Source: a bacterium (GTDB lineage Bacteria > UBA8248). Taken from it: a DNA stretch of 64,000 bases. The stretch lies in the NCBI GenBank assembly GCA_965221165.1, contig CBDCRP010000002.1, forward strand, positions 1,152,001-1,216,000. The letters are read 5' to 3'. Below, piece by piece: positions 29,125 through 42,382 of this stretch. The notes below the pieces were generated by a model. That model was given only the letters and a program-made list of their open reading frames with translations, did not search any database and was not told the origin of the DNA. Every line of letters begins with the position of its first letter. Positions within the stretch are counted from its first letter, which is position 1. The position numbers and the translations under genes are program-made.

Positions 29125-30675
29125 TTATTTTTTCTCGAGCTTCGTCATTTTGCCGACCACGGCCTTTTGCGGAACTGCCGCCACGTTCACCATCTTCACG
29201 ACTTTCTTCACGCTCGCCTCCATCCTTCCGAGGAACGGCTTGGGATACAGGCCAATCCAGAACATCAGGATGACCAGCGGCAGAAGGTAGAGAACCTCGC
29301 GCGCGTTGCAGTCGGTGAGTTCCTCGTTCTTGGGATTATCCAGATTTCCGAAGAAAACCCGCTGGAACAGCCATAGCATGTACGCCGCACCCAGGACGAT
29401 GCCCACCACGGCGAACGCGGCGTATATATAGCTCTTCTTGAACGCGCCGATGAGAATAAGAAACTCGCCCACGAACCCGTTCAGCCCCGGCAGCCCGATG
29501 CTGCTCAGCATCGTGATGGCGAAGATCACCGTGTAGACCGGCACGACTTTCGAGAGGCCGCCGTACTCCGAGATGAGACGCGTATGGCGCCTTTCGTAAA
29601 CGACGCCCACCAGAAGGAACAAGGCGCCCGTGCTGATTCCGTGGTTGATCATCTGAAGCTGCCCGCCGAGCACGCCCTGCTCGTTCAGGGCGAACACGCC
29701 GAGCATCACGAAGCCCAGGTGACTCACGGAAGAATAGGCCACCAGTTTCTTGATGTCGGTCTGCGCCATGGCCACCAGCGCCCCGTAGATGATGCCGATA
29801 ATGGAGAGAAGCATCATGAAGGGCACGAACACATGACTCGCCTGAGGCAGCAGGGGCAGGGCGAAGCGCACGAACCCGTAGGTTCCCATTTTCAACAGGA
29901 TGCCCGCCAGTATCACGCTGCCCGCCGTGGGGGCTTCCACGTGCGCGTCCGGCAGCCAGGTGTGGAAGGGGAACATCGGAACCTTGATGGCGAAGCCGAT
30001 GAAGAACGCCAAGAATATCCATACCTGGAGCGAAAGCGGTATCTTCGGCCCCACGGCGTACAACTCGACCAGATCGAACGTGAGGGTTCCGGTTCCCATT
30101 TTGAAGTTGGCGAAGTAGAACGCCAGAATTCCCAACAGCATCAACACGCTGCCGAACAGCGTATAGAGGAAGAACTTGATCGCCGCGTAGAGCTTCCTCG
30201 GCCCGCCCCACACGCCGATGAGGAAATACATCGGCACCAGGGTGATCTCGAAAAACACGTAGAAGAGGAAAATATCGAGAGCGACGAAGGTGCCCAGCAT
30301 GCCGGTCGCCAGCAAAAGGAGACAGACGTAGTATTCCTTTTCACGCTCCTCGATGGCGGTGAACGAGCACAAGACCCCCACGATCATCGTCAGCGTCGTG
30401 AGCAGGACGAGCAGCACGCTGATTCCGTCGATGCCGACGAAATAGCTCACGCCGATGGTGGGTATCCAACTCACCTTCTCCACGAACTGAAATCCGGCTT
30501 CGGCCTTGTCGAAACGGAACCACAGGGGAAGTGAAATCAGGAAGTCCAAGACCGCCACCGCCGTGGCGAAACCCTTGATGGCTTTCGTCTGCTCTTTCTT
30601 CATGAAGAGCATGATAATCACCGCACCCGCCGCGGGCAGGAAGGTGATCAGCGTAAGAAGCGGCATGTTACTCAT
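29125..30675 (-). CDS. nuoM: NADH-quinone oxidoreductase subunit M (reduced operon)
   Basis: KVPMFPFHTWLPDAHVEAPT, KKLVAYSSVSH. Confidence 0.93.
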   Translation of the reverse strand: MSNMPLLTLITFLPAAGAVIIMLFMKKEQTKAIKGFATAVAVLDFLISLPLWFRFDKAEAGFQFVEKVSWIPTIGVSYFVGIDGISVLLVLLTTLTMIVGVLCSFTAIEEREKEYYVCLLLLATGMLGTFVALDIFLFYVFFEITLVPMYFLIGVWGGPRKLYAAIKFFLYTLFGSVLMLLGILAFYFANFKMGTGTLTFDLVELYAVGPKIPLSLQVWIFLAFFIGFAIKVPMFPFHTWLPDAHVEAPTAGSVILAGILLKMGTYGFVRFALPLLPQASHVFVPFMMLLSIIGIIYGALVAMAQTDIKKLVAYSSVSHLGFVMLGVFALNEQGVLGGQLQMINHGISTGALFLLVGVVYERRHTRLISEYGGLSKVVPVYTVIFAITMLSSIGLPGLNGFVGEFLILIGAFKKSYIYAAFAVVGIVLGAAYMLWLFQRVFFGNLDNPKNEELTDCNAREVLYLLPLVILMFWIGLYPKPFLGRMEASVKKVVKMVNVAAVPQKAVVGKMTKLEKK

Positions 30676-30698
30676 AGTTCCTCCAAAACCTCATCGCA

Positions 30699-32723
<2,025 letters not shown>

Positions 32724-32730
32724 GATTCCC

Positions 32731-33033
32731 CTACCACTTCAAAAGGTTGACTTCGTCCACGTTGACCATCGTGCGGTCGCGGTTCAGGGCGATGAGAATC
32801 GCAAGTCCCACGGCCGCCTCGCACGCCGCCACGGTGATGACGAAAATGGCGAACACCTGGCCCGTCATATCCGCCCAGTGGCGCGAGAAGCCCACGAAGG
32901 TCACGTTCACGGCGTTGAGCATCAATTCGATGGACAACAAGATGATGATGGCGTTGCGGCGCATCAGCACGCCCGCCGCGCCGATGAGGAACAAAATGGC
33001 GCCCAGAGCGAGAAAATGAGTCATCTGTATCAT
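32731..33033 (-). CDS. nuoK: NADH-quinone oxidoreductase subunit K (reduced operon)
   Basis: RRN...SIELMLNA...[10 protein letters not shown]. Confidence 0.92.
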   Translation of the reverse strand: MIQMTHFLALGAILFLIGAAGVLMRRNAIIILLSIELMLNAVNVTFVGFSRHWADMTGQVFAIFVITVAACEAAVGLAILIALNRDRTMVNVDEVNLLKW

Positions 33034-33052
33034 AACGGGTTCTTTCTCCCCT

Positions 33053-33562
33053 CTATCGGTCTATCGCGCGCTTCGCGAGGACGATGGCGCCGATCATCGC
33101 GGCCAGCAGGAGGATGGAGGCCACCTCGAAGGGGAACAGGAATTTCGTGTACAAGACCGCGCCCAGGGCCTCGACGTTGCCCGGCGTGGCTCCTATGGAC
33201 CACCCCCACTGCCTGGGCGTCGCGAACTCCACCTCCCCCATCACGGCCCATATTTCCAGACCCAGCAAAACGGCCGCCGCGAGCACCATGATTCCCTGGC
33301 GGTGCCACTGCCGCATCCGGACGGCCACTTCCACGTTCATCAGCATGATCGAGAACAGGTACAGCACCATGATGCCGCCCGCGTAGAGCAGAATCTGCAC
33401 GGCGGCCAGAAACTCCGCCCCGGCCAGCACGAAGGTGCCCGAGAGGAAGAAAAACGTCAGCACCAGCAACAAGGCCGCGTGAATCACGTTGGCGCGCGTG
33501 ACCATCAGCAAGGAGGTGATGATCATCCCGCCACCGAACAAATAAAAGAAATATAGCTCCAC
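33053..33562 (-). CDS. nuoJ: NADH-quinone oxidoreductase subunit J (reduced operon)
   Basis: [29 protein letters not shown]. Confidence 0.92.
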   Translation of the reverse strand: MELYFFYLFGGGMIITSLLMVTRANVIHAALLLVLTFFFLSGTFVLAGAEFLAAVQILLYAGGIMVLYLFSIMLMNVEVAVRMRQWHRQGIMVLAAAVLLGLEIWAVMGEVEFATPRQWGWSIGATPGNVEALGAVLYTKFLFPFEVASILLLAAMIGAIVLAKRAIDR

Positions 33563-33581
33563 CCTGCGTCTCTCCCGCGAT

Positions 33582-34553
33582 TTACAAGAACAGGTACTTC
33601 AGGAATCCGGTCAGGAAAATGTTGATCATCACGAGCGGGAACATGAACTTCCAGCCCACGCGCATCAGCTGATCATAGCGGTAGCGCGGCAGCGTCGCCC
33701 GCAGCCATATGAAAACGAATATCATCGTGGCGAGCTTGAGGACATACCAGACGAATCCGGGAAGCGGAATGAAGTCCGGCCCCCCCCAACCGCCGAAGAA
33801 CAGCGTGACGCCCACCGTCGAGACGACCACGATGTTGGCGTATTCCGCCAGGAAAAAGAAGGCGAACTTCATCCCGCTGTATTCGGTATGAAAGCCCGCC
33901 ACGAGTTCGGTTTCCGCCTCGGGCAGGTCGAAGGGCACGCGGTTCGTCTCCGCAAGCGCCGCGATGAAGAAGACGATGAACGCGATGGGCTGATAGAACA
34001 CGAACCACACGTCGCTCTGGGCGTGCACGATCCCCTGCATATTCAGCGTGCCTGCGAGCATCAGCGGCCCGATGACGGAAAATCCTAAGAAAATCTCGTA
34101 GCTCAGCATCTGCGCCGCGCTCCTGAGCGCGCCCAGAAGCGAGTATTTGCTGTTCGAGGCCCAGCCCGCCATCACGATGCCGAACACGCCGAGCGAGCTG
34201 ATCGCCAGGATGAAGAACAGCCCGATGTTCACCTGCGTGATGTAGAACGTCGCGCTGAAGGGCAGCACCGAGTAGACGACGAAGGCGGGCACCAGCACCA
34301 TGATGGGCGCCAGTACGAACACGACCCGGTCCGCCTTGTCGGGGATGATGTCTTCTTTCAGGAACAGCTTCAGCCCGTCCGCTATCGGCTGGAGAAGTCC
34401 GTGCCAGCCCACGCGCATCGGCCCGAGGCGCATCTGCGCGTGTGCGATCACCTTTCTCTCGGTATACGTCAGATACGCCGCCACGAGCTGAACCACGTTC
34501 AGGACGATGAATATCTTTATCGCGGCGACCGCGACTTCAAGCGCCATGTCCAA
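33582..34553 (-). CDS. nuoH: NADH-quinone oxidoreductase subunit H (reduced operon)
   Basis: ERK...[33 protein letters not shown]. Confidence 0.93.
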   Translation of the reverse strand: MDMALEVAVAAIKIFIVLNVVQLVAAYLTYTERKVIAHAQMRLGPMRVGWHGLLQPIADGLKLFLKEDIIPDKADRVVFVLAPIMVLVPAFVVYSVLPFSATFYITQVNIGLFFILAISSLGVFGIVMAGWASNSKYSLLGALRSAAQMLSYEIFLGFSVIGPLMLAGTLNMQGIVHAQSDVWFVFYQPIAFIVFFIAALAETNRVPFDLPEAETELVAGFHTEYSGMKFAFFFLAEYANIVVVSTVGVTLFFGGWGGPDFIPLPGFVWYVLKLATMIFVFIWLRATLPRYRYDQLMRVGWKFMFPLVMINIFLTGFLKYLFL

Positions 34554-34565
34554 CGAAACGACTCC

Positions 34566-35705
34566 TTACCGATCACACTCGCCCAACACGATGTCGATGC
34601 TTCCGATGATGGCCACCACGTCTGCGACCAACTGCCCGATGCACAGCTTCTTCAGCCCGCCCAGGTTGATGAATGAGGGCGGCCGGATGCGCACGCGATA
34701 GGGCGTCGTCGTCCCATCGCTCACGATGTAAAAACCGAACTCGCCCTTGGGATTTTCGATGCTGTGGTAGATCTCGCCCTCGGGCGGCTTGATGGTGCGC
34801 GGCGTCTTGCAGCTCACCGGCCCGCCGGGAAGCTGCTCCAGGCACTGCTGGATGATGCGCGTGCTCTGGCGCAACTCCTCGATGCGCACCAGATACCGAT
34901 CGTAAATGTCGCCGTTCTCACCGACGGGCACGACGAAATCGAGATAGGGATACGCCGCGTAGGGCTTGGCGCGCCTCAAGTCCCAACGCACGCCGCTGCC
35001 CCGGATGATCGGACCCGTGAGGCCCAGATCCATCGCGTCTTCGGCGGAAATGACGCCCACGTCGCGCGTCCTCTGCAGCCAGATGCGATTGTTGGTGAGC
35101 AGCGTCTCGTAGTCGTCGATGCGGCTCGGGAAGATGTCGATGAACTCCTGCGTGAGGTGCAGGAACTTATCCGGCACGTCCTCGTGCAGACCCCCGAGAC
35201 GGAAGGCGTTCACCGTCAGGCGGCCGCCGAACGCCGTCTCGAAGAGATCGAGCACCATCTCGCGCTCCCTGAAGCACCACAGGAACACCGTCATCGCCCC
35301 GATGTCCAGGGCGTGCGTGGCGAGCCAGAGCAGGTGGCTGGCGATGCGGGATAGTTCCCCCACCATCGAGCGGATGTATTGCGCCCGCATGGGGATCTCC
35401 CAGTCGAAGAATTTCTCCACCGCCGTGACCCAGGCTAGATTGTTCGAGGGAGCGGCGATGTAGTCGAGGCGATCCGTATACGGGATGAACATCGTGTAGG
35501 TGATGTTCTCGCCAATCTTCTCCGTGCCGCGGTGCAGGTAGCCGATGTCGCAGTCGAGATCGTTCACCGTCTCGCCGTCGAGCTTCAGGATGACCCGGAG
35601 CACCCCGTGCGTGCTCGGGTGCTGGGGACCCATGTTGATAACGAGTTCTTCGGTCCCGTGCAGGGTGCTCTGCTCGATGCGAGAGGTATTCGCTACGCCG
35701 ACCAT
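34566..35705 (-). CDS. nuoD: NADH-quinone oxidoreductase subunit D (reduced operon)
   Basis: NMGPQHPSTHGVLR, GYLHRG, DRLDY, C-terminal GECDR. Confidence 0.93.
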   Translation of the reverse strand: MVGVANTSRIEQSTLHGTEELVINMGPQHPSTHGVLRVILKLDGETVNDLDCDIGYLHRGTEKIGENITYTMFIPYTDRLDYIAAPSNNLAWVTAVEKFFDWEIPMRAQYIRSMVGELSRIASHLLWLATHALDIGAMTVFLWCFREREMVLDLFETAFGGRLTVNAFRLGGLHEDVPDKFLHLTQEFIDIFPSRIDDYETLLTNNRIWLQRTRDVGVISAEDAMDLGLTGPIIRGSGVRWDLRRAKPYAAYPYLDFVVPVGENGDIYDRYLVRIEELRQSTRIIQQCLEQLPGGPVSCKTPRTIKPPEGEIYHSIENPKGEFGFYIVSDGTTTPYRVRIRPPSFINLGGLKKLCIGQLVADVVAIIGSIDIVLGECDR

Positions 35706-35733
35706 GCCTTATTCCTTCAAAAGGTACGCTGCC

Positions 35734-36324
35734 CTAATCGCCGATTTCCTTGCGCTTCGGCTTGGTGTAAATCCGCTCTCCCCTACCCTCCAGGGGATAG
35801 TCCTTTCTCATCGGATGGCTGCCCCAGTTGTCGGGCAGGAGTATCCGCCGCAAATCCGGATGGTCATCAAACTCGATGCCGAACAAATCGTACACCTCGC
35901 GCTCCATCCAGTCCGCGCTGCTCCATATCCCCGAAACCGTAGGTACGGACTGACCATCCTTGATCCGCACCTTCAGGCGAAGCCTGCGGTTATGCTCGAT
36001 GCTATAGAGGTGATACAGCACCTCGAGGGGATTTTCGGCCTCTAGGTAGTGCGCCGCGGTCAAGTCGGTGAGGAGCTCGAAATGCGAATCTTCGTGGTCG
36101 CGCAGATGGGTGGCCACGCCGACAAGGGAATCGAGTCCTATCACGAACGTCGCCTCGTCCTCCTCGTCAAGATAGGCGCTTTGCTCCAGAACGGCGCCCG
36201 GAAACTCCGATTCCACCAACGCCTTCAAATCCTCGCCGGGCGCGGTCTTCACCTCTTCGGCGGATTCATCGGAATCCGGCGCGCCATTTGCCTGTTCGCT
36301 GTTTTCCACCACTTCGTCCGGCAT
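35734..36324 (-). CDS. nuoC: NADH-quinone oxidoreductase subunit C (reduced operon)
   Basis: EREVYDLFGI.F..HPDLRRIL, HPMRKDYP. Confidence 0.92.
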   Translation of the reverse strand: MPDEVVENSEQANGAPDSDESAEEVKTAPGEDLKALVESEFPGAVLEQSAYLDEEDEATFVIGLDSLVGVATHLRDHEDSHFELLTDLTAAHYLEAENPLEVLYHLYSIEHNRRLRLKVRIKDGQSVPTVSGIWSSADWMEREVYDLFGIEFDDHPDLRRILLPDNWGSHPMRKDYPLEGRGERIYTKPKRKEIGD

Positions 36325-36352
36325 CTTCTTCCCTTAGTCCGCCGTATGACTT

Positions 36353-36829
36353 TTACCTGCGGATATATTTTTCCTGTTCAATCTTTTTCTGAAGCTGCAT
36401 GACGCCCCACATCAAGGACTCGGGCCTGGGCGGGCAACCCGGAACGTAGACGTCCACCGGGATGATTTCATCCACTCCCTGCATCACCGCATAGTTCGCA
36501 TACGGGCCGCCGCAGGTGGCGCAGTTGCCCATCGCGATCACCCAGCGTGGCTCGGGCATCTGATCGTAGACCTTGCGAATCGCATCCCCCATCTTGTGGG
36601 TGACGGTGCCCGCCACGATGATCACGTCGGACTGCCTCGGCGTGGCCCGGAAGATGACGCCGAAACGATCGAAATCGTAGCGCGCCGCACCTGAGGCCAT
36701 CATCTCGATGGCGCAGCACGCCAGACCGAAGGTCATCGGCCAAAGCGCGCTCTTCCTCGCCCAGGCGACCAGGCTGTCGACTTTCGACGTGATGAAATTG
36801 TCGCTGAATTTACCCTCGACTATGCCCAC
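36353..36829 (-). CDS. nuoB: NADH-quinone oxidoreductase subunit B (reduced operon)
   Basis: [21 protein letters not shown] (N2 cluster ligands); GTG start overlapping the nuoA end. Confidence 0.93.
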   Translation of the reverse strand: MGIVEGKFSDNFITSKVDSLVAWARKSALWPMTFGLACCAIEMMASGAARYDFDRFGVIFRATPRQSDVIIVAGTVTHKMGDAIRKVYDQMPEPRWVIAMGNCATCGGPYANYAVMQGVDEIIPVDVYVPGCPPRPESLMWGVMQLQKKIEQEKYIRR

Positions 36830-37221
36830 TCCAACGCTCCTTTTCTCCAAGCGTAGAAATAACCCACCAGCAAGATGGCGATGAACAGCATCATCTCGAT
36901 GAATCCGAACAACCCGAGGGCGTCGTATCGCACCGCCCATGGGAACAGAAACAAGGCCTCTACGTCAAAAAGCAGGAACAGTATGCCCAGCAGATAAAAA
37001 CGGATGGAGAAGCGCTCATGCGCCTCCATCAGGGGAGGCATGCCGCACTCGTAAGGTGAGTTCTTCTCGGGATCCGGCAAGTTGGGGCGGATAGCCAGCG
37101 CGATAATCAGAACGCTTGCGGCGAATGCGAACGCCATGAGCGTGAACAGGAATATGGGGATATAGGGATTGATGACCTCATAATCCCTGAAAAAAGCGCC
37201 TACAATCTCCATCGCATCCAT
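36820..37221 (-). CDS. nuoA: NADH-quinone oxidoreductase subunit A (reduced operon)
   Basis: YECG, FDVE, KGALEW. Confidence 0.92.
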   Translation of the reverse strand: MDAMEIVGAFFRDYEVINPYIPIFLFTLMAFAFAASVLIIALAIRPNLPDPEKNSPYECGMPPLMEAHERFSIRFYLLGILFLLFDVEALFLFPWAVRYDALGLFGFIEMMLFIAILLVGYFYAWRKGALEWA

Positions 37222-37342
37222 GCGTGGCCCCCACAAAAACAAAAACCGCCAGGGGTGATGAAAAATCCACCGCCCTCATCGCTGCCGCGAGGCGGCCATT
37301 TCCCCCGAAAACCCCTGGAACAAAAGCCTGAAACTGAACGAA

Positions 37343-37366
37343 TCGCCATGATTTATATCATGGTGA
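37343..37366. promoter_or_regulatory. Palindromic operator, FNR/CRP-box-like
   Basis: TCG-CCATGAT-TTAT-ATCATGG-TGA with a TGAT-N4-ATCA core, between the two nuo operons. Confidence 0.5.
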
Positions 37367-37391
37367 CAAACGAAAAACCAACCCCTGGGGG

Positions 37392-38870
37392 TCAATTAAA
37401 AAAGACCGTGGAGCGATGCGCGAAATCGAGCACCGAGGAGGGAAAAATCCCCAGTTGCAGGGTGCTCGCGACGGCGAGCGTCAGCGCCGCAAGCGCATAG
37501 GACCAACCCGGATGCGGGCCGCGCCTCATGGCTCCGCCTTGTGGCTCGTGCATATACATCACCACGACGAGCCTCAGATAATAATATACGGCCACCACGC
37601 TGTTGAGCACCGCGATGACGGTAAGCCAGACATATCCACCCTTCAGGGCCGCACTGAACACATGGAATTTCGCCACGAAACCCCCGGTGGGCGGCAGGCC
37701 GGAGAGCGACACCATAAATATGGCCATCGCCGCCGCCAGCCCGGGCCGGAAGGAGGCCAGACCCGCGAGATTATCGAGCCTCGTGCCGCCGTCCTCGCGC
37801 ATGTTCGAGATGAGGACGAGCACGCAGAAAGCGCCCATGTTCATGAATACGTAGACGAGCATGTAGTACAGGAATCCGCTCGTGGCCAACTCCGGGCTCG
37901 AGCGCGAGACCACGAGCGCGACCATCAGATAGCCCGCATGAGCGATGCTCGAATAGGCGAGCATCCGCTTCACGCAGGTTTGCCAGATGGCGATGAGGTT
38001 CGCCAGGCTCATCGTGAGAACGGCCATCACCCACAAAACCGAATCGAAACTCCCGGCGGCGTCGCCCGCCGAGAGAAAAACCCGGAAAAACGCGGCGAAA
38101 GCCGCCGCCTTCGGGCCCACGGACATGAACGCCGTCACCGCGGTGGGCGCGCCCTCGTATACGTCCGGCGTCCACATGTAAAACGGCGCGGCGGCCACCT
38201 TGAAGCCCAGGCCCACCACCATGAAGCCCAGACCCATCAGGAAGGCGGGCCCGCGCGAGGCGGGATTCTCGTGAAGCCGCGTGGCTATCTCTATCAGGTC
38301 GACCGAGCCGGTGGCGCCGTAGACGAGCGCCATGCCGTATAGCAGAAAACCCGAGGCGAACGAACCGAGCAGAAAGTATTTCAAAGACGCTTCGTTGCCC
38401 TCGGGACGTGCGCGCAGATATCCCGCCAGAACGTAGAGCGACAAGGAGAAAACCTCGAGACCCACGAAGATCATCAACAGGTTTCGCGTCGCCGCCATGA
38501 GCATCATGCCGGAGGTGGCGAAGAGAATGAGGCCGAAATACTCGCCCGCCGGGGTATCGTCCAACTCCCGCTGCGCCGCGGCGATGAGCACCGAGAAAAT
38601 GCTCGCGAACAAGATGACGACGTAGAGGAACTGCGTGAACCCATCGAAGAGATACATGCCGCCGAACGATGCGGCCAGACCCGGCAGACTCCGCGCGCCG
38701 AGCGTCACGCCCAAGGCGGCGGCCAGCGTCGCCAGCGTGATGATGATGATGACGGAGCGCTCCCCTCGGGCGAGAAAAGCGTCCCACATCAACACCAGCA
38801 CCGCCCCGCTCACCGGCAGAATGACCGGCAGCAGATATCCCCAATGGATCGTAGGATGAACGATATCCAA
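37392..38870 (-). CDS. nuoN: NADH-quinone oxidoreductase subunit N (complete operon)
   Basis: EASLKYF, FKVAAAPFYMWTPDVYEGAP, KRMLAYSSIAHAGY. Confidence 0.93.
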   Translation of the reverse strand: MDIVHPTIHWGYLLPVILPVSGAVLVLMWDAFLARGERSVIIIITLATLAAALGVTLGARSLPGLAASFGGMYLFDGFTQFLYVVILFASIFSVLIAAAQRELDDTPAGEYFGLILFATSGMMLMAATRNLLMIFVGLEVFSLSLYVLAGYLRARPEGNEASLKYFLLGSFASGFLLYGMALVYGATGSVDLIEIATRLHENPASRGPAFLMGLGFMVVGLGFKVAAAPFYMWTPDVYEGAPTAVTAFMSVGPKAAAFAAFFRVFLSAGDAAGSFDSVLWVMAVLTMSLANLIAIWQTCVKRMLAYSSIAHAGYLMVALVVSRSSPELATSGFLYYMLVYVFMNMGAFCVLVLISNMREDGGTRLDNLAGLASFRPGLAAAMAIFMVSLSGLPPTGGFVAKFHVFSAALKGGYVWLTVIAVLNSVVAVYYYLRLVVVMYMHEPQGGAMRRGPHPGWSYALAALTLAVASTLQLGIFPSSVLDFAHRSTVFFN

Positions 38871-38872
38871 AG

Positions 38873-40429
38873 CTATTTCACCTCGACTCTTTGAACATAT
38901 GCGATCGCGCCCTTTTGTATTTTCCGCTCAGGCGCGCCCTCCACGCGCAGCACCCTCCGGTTCACCTGCGAGAGCCAGGCCTTGGCCGAGGGCTCGATGC
39001 GGTTGAACAATGGCTTGGGATAAAGCCCGATCCAGAACATGAGGGCCACCATGGGCAGCATGACGAGCCACTCGCGCCTGTTCATGTCGGCAAGCCCCAG
39101 GTTCGCCCGCACGCTCACCTCGCCGAACAGGACGCGCTGGAGCATCCAGAGCATGTAGACCGCCGAGAGAACCACGCCGGTGGCCGCGATTACGGCGAAC
39201 CAGGCGTTGCGCTCGAACGCGCCCAGCAGAATCGTGAATTCGCCCACGAACCCGTTCAGTCCCGGAAGGCCGATGCTGCTCAGCGCCGTGATGATGAAAA
39301 ACGTCGAAAACACGGGCATCACCCGAATGAGGCCGCCGAATTCCTCGATAAGCCTCGTATGCCTCCTCGTATAGATGAAACCCACGATCAGGAAGAGCGC
39401 CCCGCTGCTGATGCCGTGGTTCACCATCTGCAAAACGCTTCCCGAGGCGCCCAGAAGGTTGAAGGAGAAAAGCCCCAGCATCACGAAGCCCAAGTGACTC
39501 ACCGAGGAGTAGGCCACGAGTTTCTTCACGTCGGTCTGCACCATGGCCATGAGCGCGCCGTAGATGATCCCCACCAGCGCCAGGCATATGATGAGGAACG
39601 CGAACTCGCGCGCCGCCGTCGGGAACAGCGGCATCGCCAGCCTCATGAATCCGTATGTGCCCATCTTGAGGAGGACGCCGGCGAGGATGACGCTTCCTGC
39701 CGTGGGCGCTTCCACGTGGGCGTCGGGCAGCCAAGTGTGAAACGGGAAAATCGGCACCTTGATGGCGAAGGATATGGCGAACGCGGCGAACAGCCACGGC
39801 TGAAGAGCGGTATCCACCGGTTCGCGGAAATGGGCCAGGATGTCGAACGTGCCGACCCCGCTCGTGAAATACAGCCAGATGATCGCCACGAGCATCAGCA
39901 CGCTTCCGGCCATGGTATAGAGGAAGAACTTCACGGCCGCGTAAATCCGGCGGCCTCCGCCCCAGACCCCGATGATGAGGTACATCGGAATCAGCATTCC
40001 TTCCCAGAAGACGTAGAACAAGAAAAAATCGAGCGCGAAGAACACGCCGAGCATCCCCGTCTCCAGAAACAGCAGGGACATATAGTAAAGCCGCGTCTTT
40101 TTCCGCACGTCCTCGAAGGAGAAGAGAATCGCGATGGGCGTCAAGATGGTGGTCAGCATCACGAGCAACAAGCTGATGCCGTCCACGCCCACTTTGTATG
40201 AAATCCCGAATCTCGGGATCCACTCGGCTTGCTCGACAAACTGCATGCCCGCGAACCCAGGCCTGAAGCCCACGTACATCACCACCGAGAGGGCGAACGT
40301 GGCCAGGGACACCGCCAACGCGAACGCACGAACGCCTCCGCTTCCCTTGCGGGCGCCCTCGCGCGCGAAGAGAAGCAGCAGACTCCCGAGCATGGGCAAA
40401 AACAAAATCGAGGTGATTATTCCAGGCAC
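38873..40429 (-). CDS. nuoM: NADH-quinone oxidoreductase subunit M (complete operon)
   Basis: KVPIFPFHTWLPDAHVEAPT. Confidence 0.93.
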   Translation of the reverse strand: MPGIITSILFLPMLGSLLLLFAREGARKGSGGVRAFALAVSLATFALSVVMYVGFRPGFAGMQFVEQAEWIPRFGISYKVGVDGISLLLVMLTTILTPIAILFSFEDVRKKTRLYYMSLLFLETGMLGVFFALDFFLFYVFWEGMLIPMYLIIGVWGGGRRIYAAVKFFLYTMAGSVLMLVAIIWLYFTSGVGTFDILAHFREPVDTALQPWLFAAFAISFAIKVPIFPFHTWLPDAHVEAPTAGSVILAGVLLKMGTYGFMRLAMPLFPTAAREFAFLIICLALVGIIYGALMAMVQTDVKKLVAYSSVSHLGFVMLGLFSFNLLGASGSVLQMVNHGISSGALFLIVGFIYTRRHTRLIEEFGGLIRVMPVFSTFFIITALSSIGLPGLNGFVGEFTILLGAFERNAWFAVIAATGVVLSAVYMLWMLQRVLFGEVSVRANLGLADMNRREWLVMLPMVALMFWIGLYPKPLFNRIEPSAKAWLSQVNRRVLRVEGAPERKIQKGAIAYVQRVEVK

Positions 40430-40465
40430 TCGCCCCTCACGCTCCTCAAAGAATCGAAAAAATCA

Positions 40466-42370
40466 TCAGCGCGCCGTGAGATACAGCAAAATCACCAGCG
40501 CGCCGACCAGCATCGAAACGGCGTAGCTCTTCACATAGCCCGTCTGGAGATGCCTCAGGACGCCGCCCAGGGATCGCACGAAAAAGCCCGCCCCGTTCAC
40601 GGCCGCGTCCACCAGGCCATCCTCGAACACTATCCAGCACCAAATCGACGCCCGCTTCACTGGTTGAACGATCAAAGCGTCGTATATCTCATCCACGTAA
40701 TACTTGTTCACCAAAAGGCGGTGGATACCCGGCCAGAGCTCCACGTAGGCGCTGTCGCCGTCGTTTTTCAAGACATACAAATTGTAGGCCGCGTAAATGC
40801 TGATGAAGGCGATGGCGAGCGAGAACACCATCATCAGAATCTCGAACACCACCTCATGATGCGCCTCCACGTGGCCGCCGAAAACAGGAGCGAGGAAATC
40901 TCCGAAAACGTTCGCTCCCGCGATGAGGGGAATCCCCACCCAGCCGCCAACGATAGAGAGCGCCGCCAGCGCCTGGAGCGGAAGCGTCATGTTGGTGGGA
41001 GACTCATGGACTTTCTGCTGCTCCTCCAGGCTCAGGCTGCAAGCGCCGAAGAATACCCGGAACAAGAGCCTGAACATGTAGAACGCGGTCATCAGCGCGC
41101 CGGCCGCGCCTGCGAGCCACAATAAAACCCCGCCGCGCTCGGCCGTCATGGCCGAGTAGAGGATGGCGTCCTTGCTGAAAAAACCGGCGAAGGGGAATAT
41201 GCCCGCGATCGCCAGCGCGCCGATCAAGAAGGTATTGCTCGTTCTCGGAAGCGCCGCGTGGAGTCCGCCCATCCTGCGGATGTCCTGCTCACCGCCTAAG
41301 GCGTGAATCACGCTTCCCGCGCCCAGGAACAGGAGCGCCTTGAAGAACGCATGGGTCATCAGATGGAAGATCGCCGCGGAGAACGCCCCCACGCCGCATG
41401 CCAGGAACATATAGCCCAGTTGGCTCACCGTGCTGTAGGCGAGCACTTTCTTGATGTCGGTCTGCACCAGGGCGATGGACGCCGCCATCAACAGCGTGAG
41501 CGCTCCGATGACGGCCACCACGAGCATCGCCGTGGATGAGAGTTCGAAGAGCACGTGTGTTCTCGCCACCATATAGACGCCCGCCGTCACCATCGTTGCC
41601 GCGTGTATCAGGGCGCTGACCGGGGTGGGGCCTTCCATCGCGTCGGGCAGCCAGACATAGAGGGGAATCTGCGCGCTCTTGCCCGTCGCGCCCGCGAAGA
41701 GCAACAGGCAGATGATCGTCGCCGCCGCGCTCTCGGGACCGAGCAGTTGAGGGGCCTTCGAGAACACCTCCGAGAAATCCAGCGAGCCGACGACGCTGTA
41801 GATGTAGAAAAGCGCTATCAGGAAGCAGAAATCACCCACCCGGTTCACGATGAAGGCCTTCTTGCCGGCCTCGGCCGCCGCCTTGCGCTCGTACCAGAAG
41901 CCGATGAGCAGGTAGCTGCATAGGCCCACCGCCTCCCAGCCCACGAACATGACCACGAAGTTATCGCCCAGAACGAGCGTGAGCATGGAGAGCGAGAAGA
42001 GGTTCAGATAGATGAAATAGCGCACAACGCCGCGGTCGTCGTGCATGTAGCCCATCGAGTAGAGGTGGATCAGCGCACCTACGCCGGTGACGACCAGCGC
42101 CATGACGGCGGAAACCGGGTCCAGCGAGAAGCCCGCCTTGACCTCGAAGGCGCCCACGGGAATCCACTCGAACAAGACGACGCGGATGAGCCGCCCCTTC
42201 TCGGGCATCGCCAGTAGGCGGAGCCAGCAAACAAGTGACGCCGCGAACGCGAGCGCCATCGCCAGCGTCGCGGTCCAGCCGGCGAATTTCTCCCCGCGCT
42301 TCCAGCCGAAGAGCAGATTCACGAAAACGCCGATGAGGGGGAACGCCAATATGAAAGTCAGACTATCCAT
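40466..42370 (-). CDS. nuoL: NADH-quinone oxidoreductase subunit L (complete operon)
   Basis: WLPDAMEGPTPVSALIHAATMV. Confidence 0.93.
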   Translation of the reverse strand: MDSLTFILAFPLIGVFVNLLFGWKRGEKFAGWTATLAMALAFAASLVCWLRLLAMPEKGRLIRVVLFEWIPVGAFEVKAGFSLDPVSAVMALVVTGVGALIHLYSMGYMHDDRGVVRYFIYLNLFSLSMLTLVLGDNFVVMFVGWEAVGLCSYLLIGFWYERKAAAEAGKKAFIVNRVGDFCFLIALFYIYSVVGSLDFSEVFSKAPQLLGPESAAATIICLLLFAGATGKSAQIPLYVWLPDAMEGPTPVSALIHAATMVTAGVYMVARTHVLFELSSTAMLVVAVIGALTLLMAASIALVQTDIKKVLAYSTVSQLGYMFLACGVGAFSAAIFHLMTHAFFKALLFLGAGSVIHALGGEQDIRRMGGLHAALPRTSNTFLIGALAIAGIFPFAGFFSKDAILYSAMTAERGGVLLWLAGAAGALMTAFYMFRLLFRVFFGACSLSLEEQQKVHESPTNMTLPLQALAALSIVGGWVGIPLIAGANVFGDFLAPVFGGHVEAHHEVVFEILMMVFSLAIAFISIYAAYNLYVLKNDGDSAYVELWPGIHRLLVNKYYVDEIYDALIVQPVKRASIWCWIVFEDGLVDAAVNGAGFFVRSLGGVLRHLQTGYVKSYAVSMLVGALVILLYLTAR

Positions 42371-42382
42371 GATTCCTTGCTC

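Noticed and set aside
34566-35705. Reduced nuo operon as a group 4 NiFe hydrogenase
   Set aside because: The large subunit lacks both CxxC Ni-binding motifs and keeps the quinone-site His and Tyr (HPSTHG, DRLDY)
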